From NCBI GenBank assembly GCA_051362555.1, contig CM120644.1, positions 1,434,954 through 1,498,953 of the forward strand: DNA of 64,000 nucleotides. The letters are read 5' to 3'. Within the stretch, counting starts at the first letter, position 1, and every line of letters starts with the position of its first letter. This DNA comes from Lingula anatina (taxonomy: Eukaryota; Animalia; Brachiopoda). The notes under the pieces are model-generated. The model worked only from the letters and a program-made list of their open reading frames with translations, was not told the origin of the DNA and ran no database searches. A program made the position numbers and the translations under genes. Below, piece after piece: positions 12,933 through 25,204 of this stretch.

Positions 12933-13441
12933 GTGAGTTTAATGTTGACATTTTGATTTTGTTATATTTTTTACTGTATCTTATTTTTCCTAGTACATGT
13001 ATAATCTGGTTTCTCCAACTTGATTTTCGCAACAACCGGTATATAGCGAGTAAAAAGTATAACGATTATTTATGACATTCAGTTCTACGAATTTTAAAGA
13101 AATTTTGATAGGGAAAGAAAATGTGCTTAAACGACGCCTTACTTCAACTAAAATGCTGTCAGAGAAGAATACAATACCCAATGAAAATAACGAAAAGATA
13201 TCTCTTGTCTGTCTTTTTGTCACAAAGTTGGCAAGTCACTTAAGTCAGGGCACGACAATAGATAAAATGTGATTGGAGTAAGATGGTAATACTTTGTTTA
13301 TTGGAGGTACTATGGACGATAACAGACGTAACTGGGTTGGCGTCAATTATATGACATTGTGCTTGTTAGCTTCCAGGTGGTACGTGAATAGGATGGAAGA
13401 GGGTAGTAAAACTGTAGCTGCATTGAACGCCTCCAAAATCT

Positions 13442-13503
<62 letters not shown>

Positions 13504-14209
13504 TGGACGTAAAAACGCTCATTATTTTCAGCAAGAAAATAGCCTTTTGAAATACGATGCCTTATGTGTTCTTCAAACAAAAGGGACACTTTCTCCGTAG
13601 CCATATACTGGACATACATGTATATTCATATATCATTATATTATAACATATATGTGGAAAACAATTAGGCTCGTAGGTGCTTTTAGGACACTCTGCTCTA
13701 CTCACTACTGGTGACCAGTTAATTAAAGGATTCCTCTACGGAGAAGGACGATAGCCGCTTTCATTAGATTATGAACCCTCTCAAAACACAGAGAGATATA
13801 GAGAGAGAGAGGGAAATAAAGGGGACTGACTTGCATTACAAAATTTCCATTATTTCTTTAATGAATAGAATTTCAATGATTTTAGTCCCTGTAAAAATAT
13901 GCATGTTATGCTAATTTAACGTCGCCTGTTGTCTCAGTAAGGGAAAAGGTGATGATCTTGTCTGCATATAATGTCACTGTGACTCATTAGAAAATCTCCT
14001 ACGTATAACGAAGCTTCGTGTTAACATTACGCGTGCGGGCAGTACAGCAAATATAAATGTTATTTTTATTGCCAATGTTCTTATAATCATACGTACCACT
14101 TGGTAAGGCATTGATTTATAGCTTTATAACAAGCTAAAGTTTGTTAATACTAAGACAGCGACGAAGTAGTGCACCTGCTGTTAAGCCTGGGCTAACATAT
14201 ATGGAATCC

Positions 14210-14252
<43 letters not shown>

Positions 14253-15219
14253 ATTTAGTAAAATTGAAAGTAATACACGATACCAAAATTATTAAAAGCA
14301 GGGCATCGTTATGAGTAAAAATATTAAAATAATATTTGAAGGATAATTTCATCACGCCCAGTCCTGCAGCTAGACACTACTATTAACGTACACAAGACCC
14401 CATTAAGACGGTATACAAGAATAAATTAATTGAAAACAAAATTATTGAAAAAGATGAAGAATAATCGGATAATGGCAAGTTAATTTAACAATCTTTTTAT
14501 GTTAATGAGCAACAGTATGTTTGTGTGAGAGAGAGAGAGAGAGTGAGAGAGAGGGATTCGGAAGGCACGCGCACTAACAATATTTGTCAGATTCACGGAC
14601 CAGTATGCCTTGTGGCTTATAAGTGCGTTATGGCCGCGACCTTCACATCCATTATTTAGCAGTGACATGTAATTTACTGGTCTTTTCTACATACTAAAGA
14701 CACTTCTAATAAAACCAAACACAGGTAAAATGCAAGATCATAACATGTTGTTACTACCGTGAGGCTCAAATTATTATTTTTTAAAAAATATGTTTCATCT
14801 TTACTGAATTTGATAAGCACAAGCATTAACAAATCAAGGGAATTATTTTGGCCAATCTGACGATACTTGGTACTTGAAACCAAAGTGATAATAGATTTCA
14901 TGTGTGTCCTATTTAGCCACCTCTACCTTTACAAATACCGGTATCTTAAAGCAAAATATTCGGTTCCAAAATGTAATAATCATGCATTCGTTTTGTGTTT
15001 TGGGTCGTTATAAAATAGCTACCTTGGTTTAGTGTTGAAAGGCTTATGTGCATTGCAAATATTTTTGTTACAAAGATTGGCGTACTTTTAACAATGTTAC
15101 TGTCTCGATTGTGCAACTTAAACTAATCGAATCCTTGGGTTCAATTTGTATCGCAACGATAACAGAAATAAAAAAAACAACATCATGGGGCACCAAACAC
15201 TACCGTGTCGTTTTGAAAC

Positions 15220-15649
15220 CATTGCTTCTGAGTACACCAGTCACAATCTATTACCAAATACTACCCACATTGCTTCCGAGCACAACAGTCACAATCTATT
15301 ACCAAATACTACCCACATTGCTTTCGAGCACACCAGTCACAATCTATTACCAAATATTACCCACATTGCTTCCGAGCACACCAGTCACAATCTATTACCA
15401 AATACTACCCACATTGCTTTCGAGCACACCAGTCACAATCTATTACCAAATATTACCCACATTGCTTCCGAGCACACCAGTCACAATCTATTACCAAATA
15501 CTACCCACATTGCTTTCGAGCACACCAGTCACAATGTATTACCAAATATTACCCACATTGCTTCCGAGCACACCAGTCACAATCTATTACCAAATACTAC
15601 CCACATTGCTTCCGAGCACACCAGACACAATCTATTACCAAATACTACC
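15220..15649. repeat. 48-bp minisatellite (~9 units)
   Basis: Same unit as 4068-4401; part of the array alternates ttcc/tttc variants. Confidence 0.95.
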
Positions 15650-17493
15650 ATGCGTGTTTATAAAGAGTATCAGGCATGCTCTTGGCACTTTCTTTGTATG
15701 ACACTGATGATTATGTTATAGTAAACAATGTCAAAATACATAACTAGATAACCACTCAGAGAACTAACGCAGACCTACGCAAATGAAACGGCATAAAAGT
15801 TTATTATTTTTATAGTTATTTGGAGGAAACTTCGAGTGTTTTATTGTGATTGGTAGGTTTTCAATACTACTTGTAAAGTTTACTTTCTTAAGAGAATCTT
15901 GTAAGAAAGTATATATAGACAATTGCAAAGGCATACACTGTGTCGTCCTTGTCGTAGGTCATAATGATCCGTGATATTGGTGCCATTATTAATTAAGCGT
16001 CAGTTTGAATAATGCTTTGTCTTCTAAGAAATACATTTAGTCGTGGTGTCTTCTGGTAATTAAATAATTAATTCATACATTATCTCTTAACGTCCTTGTA
16101 CTATCGTTAAAATATAACTTTCTTTTAACTTTTACAAGCACTCAGAATAAAATCAGTTAAGGTGATTTTTTAATAAAAACACATTCGAGTGTCTCTGTAT
16201 TTCACCAGGCCATGGCAAAACTTAGAAGCTTGATATTTCAGTTAAGAAAAATAAGCCTATTCTGTTTTACATATGTAAATATACAAAGCCTTCAGTGGGT
16301 CTCTTTGATGCCAAAACAATTATTTATAGAGTCCTTATTTCAAAAACTCTGGCATTTACAATGTGTACTTCAAAGAGGGAGGTTCTGTTTCTGATGAGGA
16401 ACGTTGCCACGAGAAAAGGGCCCACGCTGACATGGCATGTGTTGGCATATTTTAAATAAATAGTATACAACAGTTCTGTTGACGAAAGTGGTTGCCTAAA
16501 GTGGTTGTCAAACCTTATAAAACCCCTGTTTTTTTGTCATTGGCATCAACATGTCTTTAAAACACGGCTGAACCATGTTGCAGATACATGTCTAATCGCG
16601 AGATATGCAAAAGAAACAACATACACGATGATGACACATTTCTGTGGATTTCGATGATGAGCTTATAAATATGATCCCTGTATATGTGACCTTTTAAATA
16701 AAGATTCTCTTTAAAAAAAAACGCTTATAATTCCCATGGACATTTACAATTTATATTGGTTAAAAAAGATTAAAAACAAAATGACATCTTCATCACATAT
16801 TTTATTGCATAAGCGTTGAAAAAGTTCATACATGTAATACAGAACATGTTTCCAAATTGCACCGATCTATTTATGGGCAAAAGCAGTAAAGATATTTAGA
16901 ATGATATGAGCAAGGATCTGTTTGGTATGGGTCACGTGGTTGATGTCGTCATATCCGGCTGTGCACACTGCAGAATAAAGGTTATCAGCATCAGTTTCTG
17001 TAATATAAAAAAAATGATTGATAATGTCATTTAGACACGGTACGGGTCACGGTTGCTATTAAAAACGGACCAATGCATGACTTAATGAATAGACAATTGT
17101 CTAAAGTCTCTTCCTTCAGATCAATACAGTTCAATGCTTTTAACCCTTTGTTGTACTTATTGGCGGAGACTATCAAGACTGAAAAAGGAGGCTGTGTCGA
17201 CACCTGTCAACTTGGAGCTTTTACAAGATTGGTGGAACACATTTGGACCTTGACTCGAGCACAATTCAGATAAATGATACAGAATAGGTCGGTTCGGTTT
17301 TAACAATTGAACGACCAAGTTATGTCATATTTACAGATTGTTAATTAAAACTCGTTTATCACTCTTTTTTATTTTCTGACTAGTTTTAACTAGCCATTAG
17401 GAAACATGCAGTTAGCTGAAGTTTACACGTATTAAGCTGAATTATACAATCGCGAATAAACTGTAAAATGTGAATGAAAACGAAATCTTACCA

Positions 17494-18061
17494 CTAATAT
17501 CGCCATGGGGTATATGGTCCCTTCTTTCCTCCGTATTGAGGCTTTCCGTATCCAGCACCTTTGTATCCATAGCCTCCATATCCGTACCCTTGGTCATAAT
17601 TCATGTAGCTGCTGTAGCCATTTCCATATCCGCCGGGTTGATATCCATAGTGAGTCCTTTTACAAAATAAAAAGCCAAATAACTTTTCAATTTCATTGGG
17701 ATAAAATTATCAATATGAAAGAAGAAAACGTCGCCTTTTAAACAGTCTTCAGTGGAACTCCGCTTATTAGACATGCAGTAAAGGCTGAGCGTATCATTTT
17801 CTCTATAAAATGATCATTTCTTCGCTTGTTTTGTCTCGATTCTCGAGCGCTGAACAAAATGAAACCACAACAGTAACTTGGTTCTAAACAAAGGTTAGCT
17901 AGGGAATTTCTACAGCTACATATTAAAAGAAAACAGACTGTCCGAATCAACCCCTGTTTAAATTCTAATTGCATTAATTTGTTAGATGAATTGAATGTTA
18001 ATAAGATTAAATCACGAAACAAACAATGATACCGTAGTAAACCTCTTTCTCTCACTCTCTA

Positions 18062-18106
<45 letters not shown>

Positions 18107-18163
18107 TACACACACACGCATACACACACACATACACACACATACACACACACACATACACAA

Positions 18164-18207
<44 letters not shown>

Positions 18208-18270
18208 ATAGTACGACCAATTGGCGGCTGTCACGGCCACGAGAGCAGCGAGTAGAATCAGCTTCATCAT
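17494..18270 (-). CDS. Secreted Gly/Tyr-rich peptide, copy B2 (coding exons 18270-18206 and 17656-17494; non-coding exon 16997 to ~16790; 75 aa)
   Basis: [75 protein letters not shown]. Same exon structure as B1; AATAAA at 16806-16801. Confidence 0.9.
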
Positions 18271-18364
18271 CTTGGCGGAAAAAGAACTGTCGTCTGCTAA
18301 CTGTTGAAGTGTGACTTGGAGCTTGGTTGAAGTCGACGTCTGTCAAAACTGGACCAAGTCAATC

Positions 18365-18372
18365 TTTTTATA
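18365..18372 (-). promoter_or_regulatory. TATA box of B2
   Basis: TATAAAAA at the position equivalent to B1. Confidence 0.7.
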
Positions 18373-19805
18373 CCGACCTGAAACACAGAACGGTTTGGTA
18401 TTTTTTATATTTGCAAGCCAGTATTTTGCCTTTAGCCATTTGTGACAAATGTCTGGATGTTAATTAGATATACCTGTAAGACACATACGGAATAATCATG
18501 TTCGCAACGCATAATCAAACTGCGAAATTTCATTTTCCCTATTTTTAAGCAGTCAGTGCTTATTACAATGGAAAAAATCAAGAGAGAAATGAAGACTAAG
18601 GTAGAAAAATGCACAAACTGCTCTTAGCAGTTATGCTTTACTCCTTTTTCGTTATTGTAAAATACGGCAGTCAAAGTTTTAATTTAAAAGTAATATTTTG
18701 TCGGTCTTTAAACTATGAGTTGATAAAGCGTTTTGGTTTAAATTAAAGTCATGATGTTTTAAACTCGGAACCATGCAACAAACTCGCGTATCCATGACAT
18801 TCATCTAGCAAATGATAAACTGCAATTTCTGCTGACAGATGAATAATACCAATACTGGAAATCGAAAAAAAACACCAATTTGCCTCCTCGTTACAACGAT
18901 GGCAAGACTAGCTTTATTATTAATTCTGTTGAGAAGTTACAACAGGTTAGGACACTATATTTTACGACCTTTTCATTAGATAATAATTCCCTGCCTCGGG
19001 TAGATTTAAAAGAACTTTTATGTTACAGACTTACATAACAGGATTGGTGCCAATAAGATCTGTGTGTCTGCTTTAAGGCATACTGGTACCTGAACTTGAT
19101 GGATAAGTGTGGTGACTTCAATCAGTCTCTCTCTCTCTCTTTAACACACACACACACACACACACACACTTAGATAAGACCGTCGGCAAGAAATATAATT
19201 TTTCAAGAGATGGGTAAACTTTCTAAAATATTCATACATGTCTTAACATGCAAAGTGACCCAAAATTCCCACTTATGTCACCGCTGCATACCTTAGTTGT
19301 CCCTCTACTAATTCTAATAAGAAATTTGAGAAGATAATGTGCCCAAACGCCGTCTTACTTCACTGTTACAAGAAAAGGAGACTTCCAGTAACATACTGTC
19401 AAAGAAGAAGCAGTTGAGTGGTAATTTTCCATAGGTCTCAGAAAAGAGACTACATGTATTTTACATTATCAAACACATCTACATGTTTTTTTTTCATAAG
19501 CAACTAATAGTAACGAACCAGTGTATTCATTTCAAGCAGCTAATGAACTTGATGAATGCTGCTTAAGTCTTCTCATCACAAAGGTGGCAAGTCATTCAGG
19601 TCAGAGCACAACACATTTTACGAGTGTTTCATTAGATAAAAAGTGCTTGGGGTAAACTGAAAAGACATTGTTTTTTGCATCACTACAATTTATGGCATCA
19701 ATTATACGTAATTGTAAGCTTCAAGGCAGTACATGTACGTGAATTGGATGGAAAAGATTGGTACAAATGTAGTTGAAGCGGACGCCTCCGAAATCTCTCT
19801 CTTTG

Positions 19806-19874
<69 letters not shown>

Positions 19875-19969
19875 AACACACACGCACACACGCACACACA
19901 CACAGGGACGTAAAAACGTTCATATTGTCAGGAATGTTTTTTTAATGCAGTGTATTATGCAATCCTCAC

Positions 19970-20003
<34 letters not shown>

Positions 20004-20331
20004 GGGGGAGGGAGGGGAGAGAAAGAGGATTGACTTGCATGTGTTATAATAATTCCATCATCACAAAAAATTAGGTGGAAAAACGTTTCTATCTTCAGTT
20101 GTATAAAATGTATTAACAGTTATTCTTAATTAGCAGAGTCTTTAATGCATTCTATGCTTTAATTTGACTGAGGCGTTATTTAACGACTCACCCCTCCTTC
20201 AAGATAGGTCCAGCGCTCCGGCTGACTAGACGTGCATTGGGCGTCCGCCAGTAGTCATTCTTTTATGAATTGAATCAGAATGATCACCTGAACTTGATGG
20301 GTAAGTGTGGTTACTCCAATCAGTCTCTCTT

Positions 20332-20368
<37 letters not shown>

Positions 20369-21073
20369 TACACACATGCACACACTTAGATAAAACATGC
20401 CGTCCAAATCACTGACCAAAATATAATTTTTCAACAGATGGGTGTGATTTCTGAAATCCTCATACATGGTTTAAAATGCAAAGAGACCTCCAAAATTCCC
20501 ACTTATGTCACCGCTGCATACCTTACAGTAGTTGCCCCTCTACATATTCTTTGATAAGAGAAGAAAATGTGCCCAAACTCCGCCTTACTTCATTGTTACA
20601 AGAAAAGGAACAATGAAGTAAGGAAACATACAGAAACATACTGTCAAGGAGAAGCAGTTAAGTGGTAATTTTCCATAGGTCTCAGAAAAGAGACTATTTC
20701 ATTTTAGCAAACATATTTCCCTTTTTTTCCTTTTGTCAAAAGCAACCGGTAGTCACGAACAAATGCTAATGAACTTGATGAATGATGCCAAATAAACAAT
20801 ACCCAATGAAAATACCGTAAAAATATCTTGTCTGTCTTCTTATCACAAAGGTGGCAAGTCATTCAGGTCAGAGCACAACCATTTTTACGAGTGTTTCATT
20901 AGATAAAAAGTGCTTGGGGTAAACTAAAAAGACTTTGTTTATTGCAGCACTACAATTTATGACAGACGATAGGCTTAAAGGGGTTGGCATTAATTATGTA
21001 ATTGTGAGCTTCATGGCGGTACGTGAATTGGATGGAAACGGCACAAATGCAGTTGAAGCGGACGCCTCCGAAA

Positions 21074-21107
<34 letters not shown>

Positions 21108-21444
21108 ACACAGGGACGTAAAAAAGCTCATATTGTCAGGAAGGGAATGCATTTTTAAAATGCAGTGTATTATGCAATCCTCATTTCAAGCATATAAGAT
21201 AAAAGTAAAACCAAACAAATAAAAGGGCCATTTTCTTCGTAACTGCATACTTAAAAAGCTCGATACATGGAAACTTTAATTCATTCATGATAGTTTATTC
21301 CCATATGTGTAAAAGATTGGGCTAGTATGCGATTTAACATTCATCTCTACTAGTTTATTAAAGCATCGCCTATGTGGAAATGGAACATAGCCGCATTTAT
21401 TTGATGATGAACTCTCGCAAAACACACAAAAACACACTGAAAGA

Positions 21445-21482
<38 letters not shown>

Positions 21483-21716
21483 AAAAGTGTGTGATTGAGA
21501 GGGAGGTTGGAGAGAGAGAGGATTAACTTACATGCATTAGCTGATTCAATGCGTCCTTTGCTTTACTTTGGCTTAGGCGTTAATTAACGATACACCCCTC
21601 CTTCAAGATAGCTCCAGTGCTCCCACGTTATAAAATAGTTTTAGCAGACTTCGTCGTCAGTCAAGATTCAAGTCCTTCTCCTAAAGTCCGCAGACGACAT
21701 CTCTTTTCAGGCCAAG

Positions 21717-22521
21717 ATGATGAAGTTGATTCTACTCGCTGCTCTCCTGACCGTGGCCGTCGCCATGTAATGGGAAAGTCTTGGTCAAAGGTGAGAGAGA
21801 GAGAGAGAGAGAGAGAGAGGGGGACTGCTGAAAGGTCCATACATGTTGTGATTTCTAGCTGCAAAAGACAGTTCATCTTATGGTGCATTTAGAGCCAGAG
21901 AACAATTGTTCTGGGAATTATCTTTGTCTGGGTCGACGGTTTGATTTTTCTCATGATTTTTCAAATACTATGGAAATTGGATAACATATGACTTAGCATA
22001 GATAATGCTTTCAAAAAGTATTTTGCCGCTTTTGACTTAACTGGTATTGTACATAGTTGTAAACGGGTTGTTCTCCACTCTGCTCTCTTCTGCTCATCTT
22101 CCCAAAAATAAATATGTCCAGTCGTAAAGGCCCTGAGGCTTATACAACAAAATCAAGATACTGTCTCAAGAACTGAGTCAAAACCTGGGACAAATCCTTT
22201 TGATTCTTTTTTTATATTGAAAACGTTAGGGTCCTGTTTTTATGAGGGCTCTTTAAGCAATATCAAAAGCAGCAGAAATAATTTGAAAATTAGGAATTGA
22301 AAAGTATTTTTGTATGAAAATGAAAAGCCGTCTTTTTTATTTTGATTAAGGATCTACTATGGCTATTAACCAGATAGATATAGATATGGTTATAATCAAG
22401 ACGACTATGGCACCAACAGCGGATATCACAGCTACGGCTACAACAGCTATGCAGGGGTGAGGTATGACTACAGCAGAAGGAACAGATACACTGGATACGT
22501 ACCAAGGTCTTATTACCCAAC
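21717..22521 (+). pseudogene. Gly/Tyr-rich peptide pseudogene A3 (exons 21717-21790, 22351-22521)
   Basis: Same codon-18 TAA (21768-21770) as A2, a second stop CAA>TAA at 22367-22369, a weakened donor (gtcagt), a deletion between TATA (21629-21635) and the start site, and no third exon. Confidence 0.85.
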
Positions 22522-23641
22522 GTCAGTTTAATGTTGATATTTTGATTTTGTTATATATGTCTCCTCCATCTCAGTGTACCGCAAACTTTTATGGTCTCAT
22601 TCATAGCAAGAAAGAAGGCAACAAGGAGTATTGATTGTTCGTGATTTGGCCAAACAAGACCGCTTTTATTATATAACCCCTCTATCCTAATCGTTTTAAC
22701 AATAATAACAATGTAGCAAATTGTTGCCTGTATTAAATGTTATGGCCTTAGGAATAAAAATTATATATCAAATATTCAATAAGACTCATCATCCTAAAAA
22801 TTATGATGCGACGAGTCAGCAAAAGTTATTATTTACCAACAATTTTGCACAAATTTTGTTTGTGGGGTTGCAAAGATGAAAATTTTTGAACTGAAGATTT
22901 CAGTTGAAGATTTGAGATAACTTGAAGCTTAATTGTATAATGCGCGTGAACAGAATGAATCAAGCAGAATGAGGCCAGGCAGTGATGCCCCATGGTATAA
23001 GTAGCAACATGTGCCTCAATGGAGATTACCCCTCTAGGGCACAATTGAGCATGTGCAGAATGCACATGTGCGTAATTAAGCTCTGGAGATTGTTGTCGCC
23101 ATAACATGTCGTTTGACTACGCCAAACTTTCCTATAATTTACGATCTTTTCTACCGAGTACGTGTATAATCCGGTTTCGCGAACTTAATTTTCGTAACAA
23201 CCGGTAGGCCTATATAGCTAGTAAAAAGTATGACGATTATTTATGACATTCAGTTCTACGAATTTCAAAGAAATTTTGATTGGGAAGGAAAATGTGCTTA
23301 AACGACGCCTTACTTCAACTAAAATGCTGTCAAAGAATAATACAATACCCAATGAAAATAACGAAAAAATATCTCTTGTCTGTCTTTTTATCACAAAGTT
23401 AGCAAGTCACGTAAGTCAGGGCACGACAATTTTTACGAGTACAGTATTTCATTAGATAAAAACTGATTGGAGTAAGATGGAAAGACTTTGTTAATTGGAG
23501 GTACTATGGAAGATAACAGACGTAACTTGGCGTCAATTATATGACATTGTACTTGTAAGCTTCCAGGTGGTACGTGTTTAGGATGGAAGAGAGTGGTAAA
23601 ACTGTAGCTGTATAGAACGCCTCCGAAATCTCCCCCCCCCC

Positions 23642-23723
<82 letters not shown>

Positions 23724-24505
23724 CGTAAAAAACTCATATTGTCAGCAAGAAAATAGCCTTATAAAAAACGATGCCTTATGTAATCCTCATTCCAAGAATA
23801 TGAGATAAAAAAATAAAACCAAACAAACAAAAGGGACACTTTCTCCATAGCCATATACTGAACGAATGTTCATATGTGGAAAGCAATTAGGCTCGTAGCT
23901 GCTTTAAGGACACTCTGCTCTACTCAGTCTGCTGTTGACCAGTTAATTAAAGGATTCCTCTGCGAAGAAGGACGATAGCCGCATTTATTAGATTATCAAC
24001 CCTCGCAAAACACACACACATACAGAGATAGAGTGAGGAAGGGAGGGGGAAATAGAGAGGATTGACTTGCATGTTTACAAAAATTCCATTGTTTCTTTAA
24101 TGAATAGAATTTCAATGATTTTAGTCTCTGTAAAACATACGTTATGCTAATTTAACGTTGTCTGTTGTCTCAGTAAGGAAAAAAGGTGATGATCTTGTCT
24201 GCATATAATGTCACTGTGACTCATTAGAAATTCTCCTACGTATAACGAAGCTTCATGTTAACATAAATCGTATGTACGGGTGTCATTTTCTTTGGGCAGT
24301 ACAGCAAATGTAAATGTTATTTTTATTGTCAATGTTCTAATAATCAGACGTAACACTTGATATGGCATTGATTTATAGCTTTAGAACAAGCTAGCTAAAG
24401 TTTGTTAATACTATAAGAACACGACGAAGTAGTGCACCTGCTATTAAGCCTGAGATGACATATGAATCCAGGAGAGAGAGAGAGAGAGAGAGAGTGAAAG
24501 GGCGC

Positions 24506-24707
24506 ATTACCATAGATTTTAGATCGATCTATCCCCGTCTCACTTTATTACTGTCAGATAATCCGGCTTAAATGTCCGTCCCGCCTACTACAAGCTGTAA
24601 CCGGGTAATTAACCTTCGTGCCCGCTCGGCTGACAGCTATTTAGCGTGAACCCTTAGGGAGTTAGGTCGATCTAGTTGGATCGATCTAATCTCTGGGAAT
24701 GGTGTAA
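24506..24707. mobile_element. ~200-bp MITE-like repeat, copy 1
   Basis: Subterminal tagatcgatcta inverted motifs; inverted second copy at ~27748-27950. Confidence 0.65.
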
Positions 24708-24783
24708 GAGAGATGGGGGTTGAAAAAAAGAGAGAGAAAGAGAGGGAGAGATGGGGGTTGGGAGAGAGAGAGAGAGAGAGATG

Positions 24784-24848
<65 letters not shown>

Positions 24849-25204
24849 GGGTTGAAAGAGAGAGAGACAGATGGGGGTTGAGAGAGAGGGAGAGATGGGG
24901 GTTGAGAGAGAGAGATGGGGGTTGAAAGAGAGGGATGGGGGTTGAGAGAGAGATGGGGGTTGAGAGAGAGGGAGAGATGGGGGTTGAGAGAGAGAGATGG
25001 GGGTTGAGAGAGAGATGGGTGTTGAGAGAGAGATGGGGGTTGAGAGAGAGAGAGAGAGAGATAGGGGTTGAGAGAGAGAGAGATGGGGGTTGAGAGAGAG
25101 GGAGAGATGGGGGTTGAGAGAGAGGGAGAGATGGGGGTTGAAAGAGAGATAGATGGGGGTTGAGAGAGAGATGGGGGTTGATAGAGAGAGATTGGGGTTG
25201 AAAG
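24708..25204. repeat. (GA)n-tgggggtt compound satellite, left part (continues at 29987-30200)
   Basis: Repeated gagagagatgggggtt; resumes immediately after the CACTG element. Confidence 0.9.

Larger units (their letters stand above)
4130..15220. repeat. Segmental duplication unit 1 (~11 kb: 48-bp array, B gene, spacer, A gene)
   Basis: Collinear high identity with 15221-30418, e.g. 4400-4860 = 15650-16110, 5600-7900 = 16760-19140, 14600-14760 = 30203-30360. Positions 1-2400 are a further partial copy. Boundaries approximate. Confidence 0.9.

Noticed and set aside
6779-23737. Many ORFs with CVCVCV, ERERER, HTHTHT or SLSLSL runs
   Set aside because: These are translations of (GT)n and (GA)n microsatellites. 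Only the first 22 codons of 18052..18270 are real (B2 exon 1).
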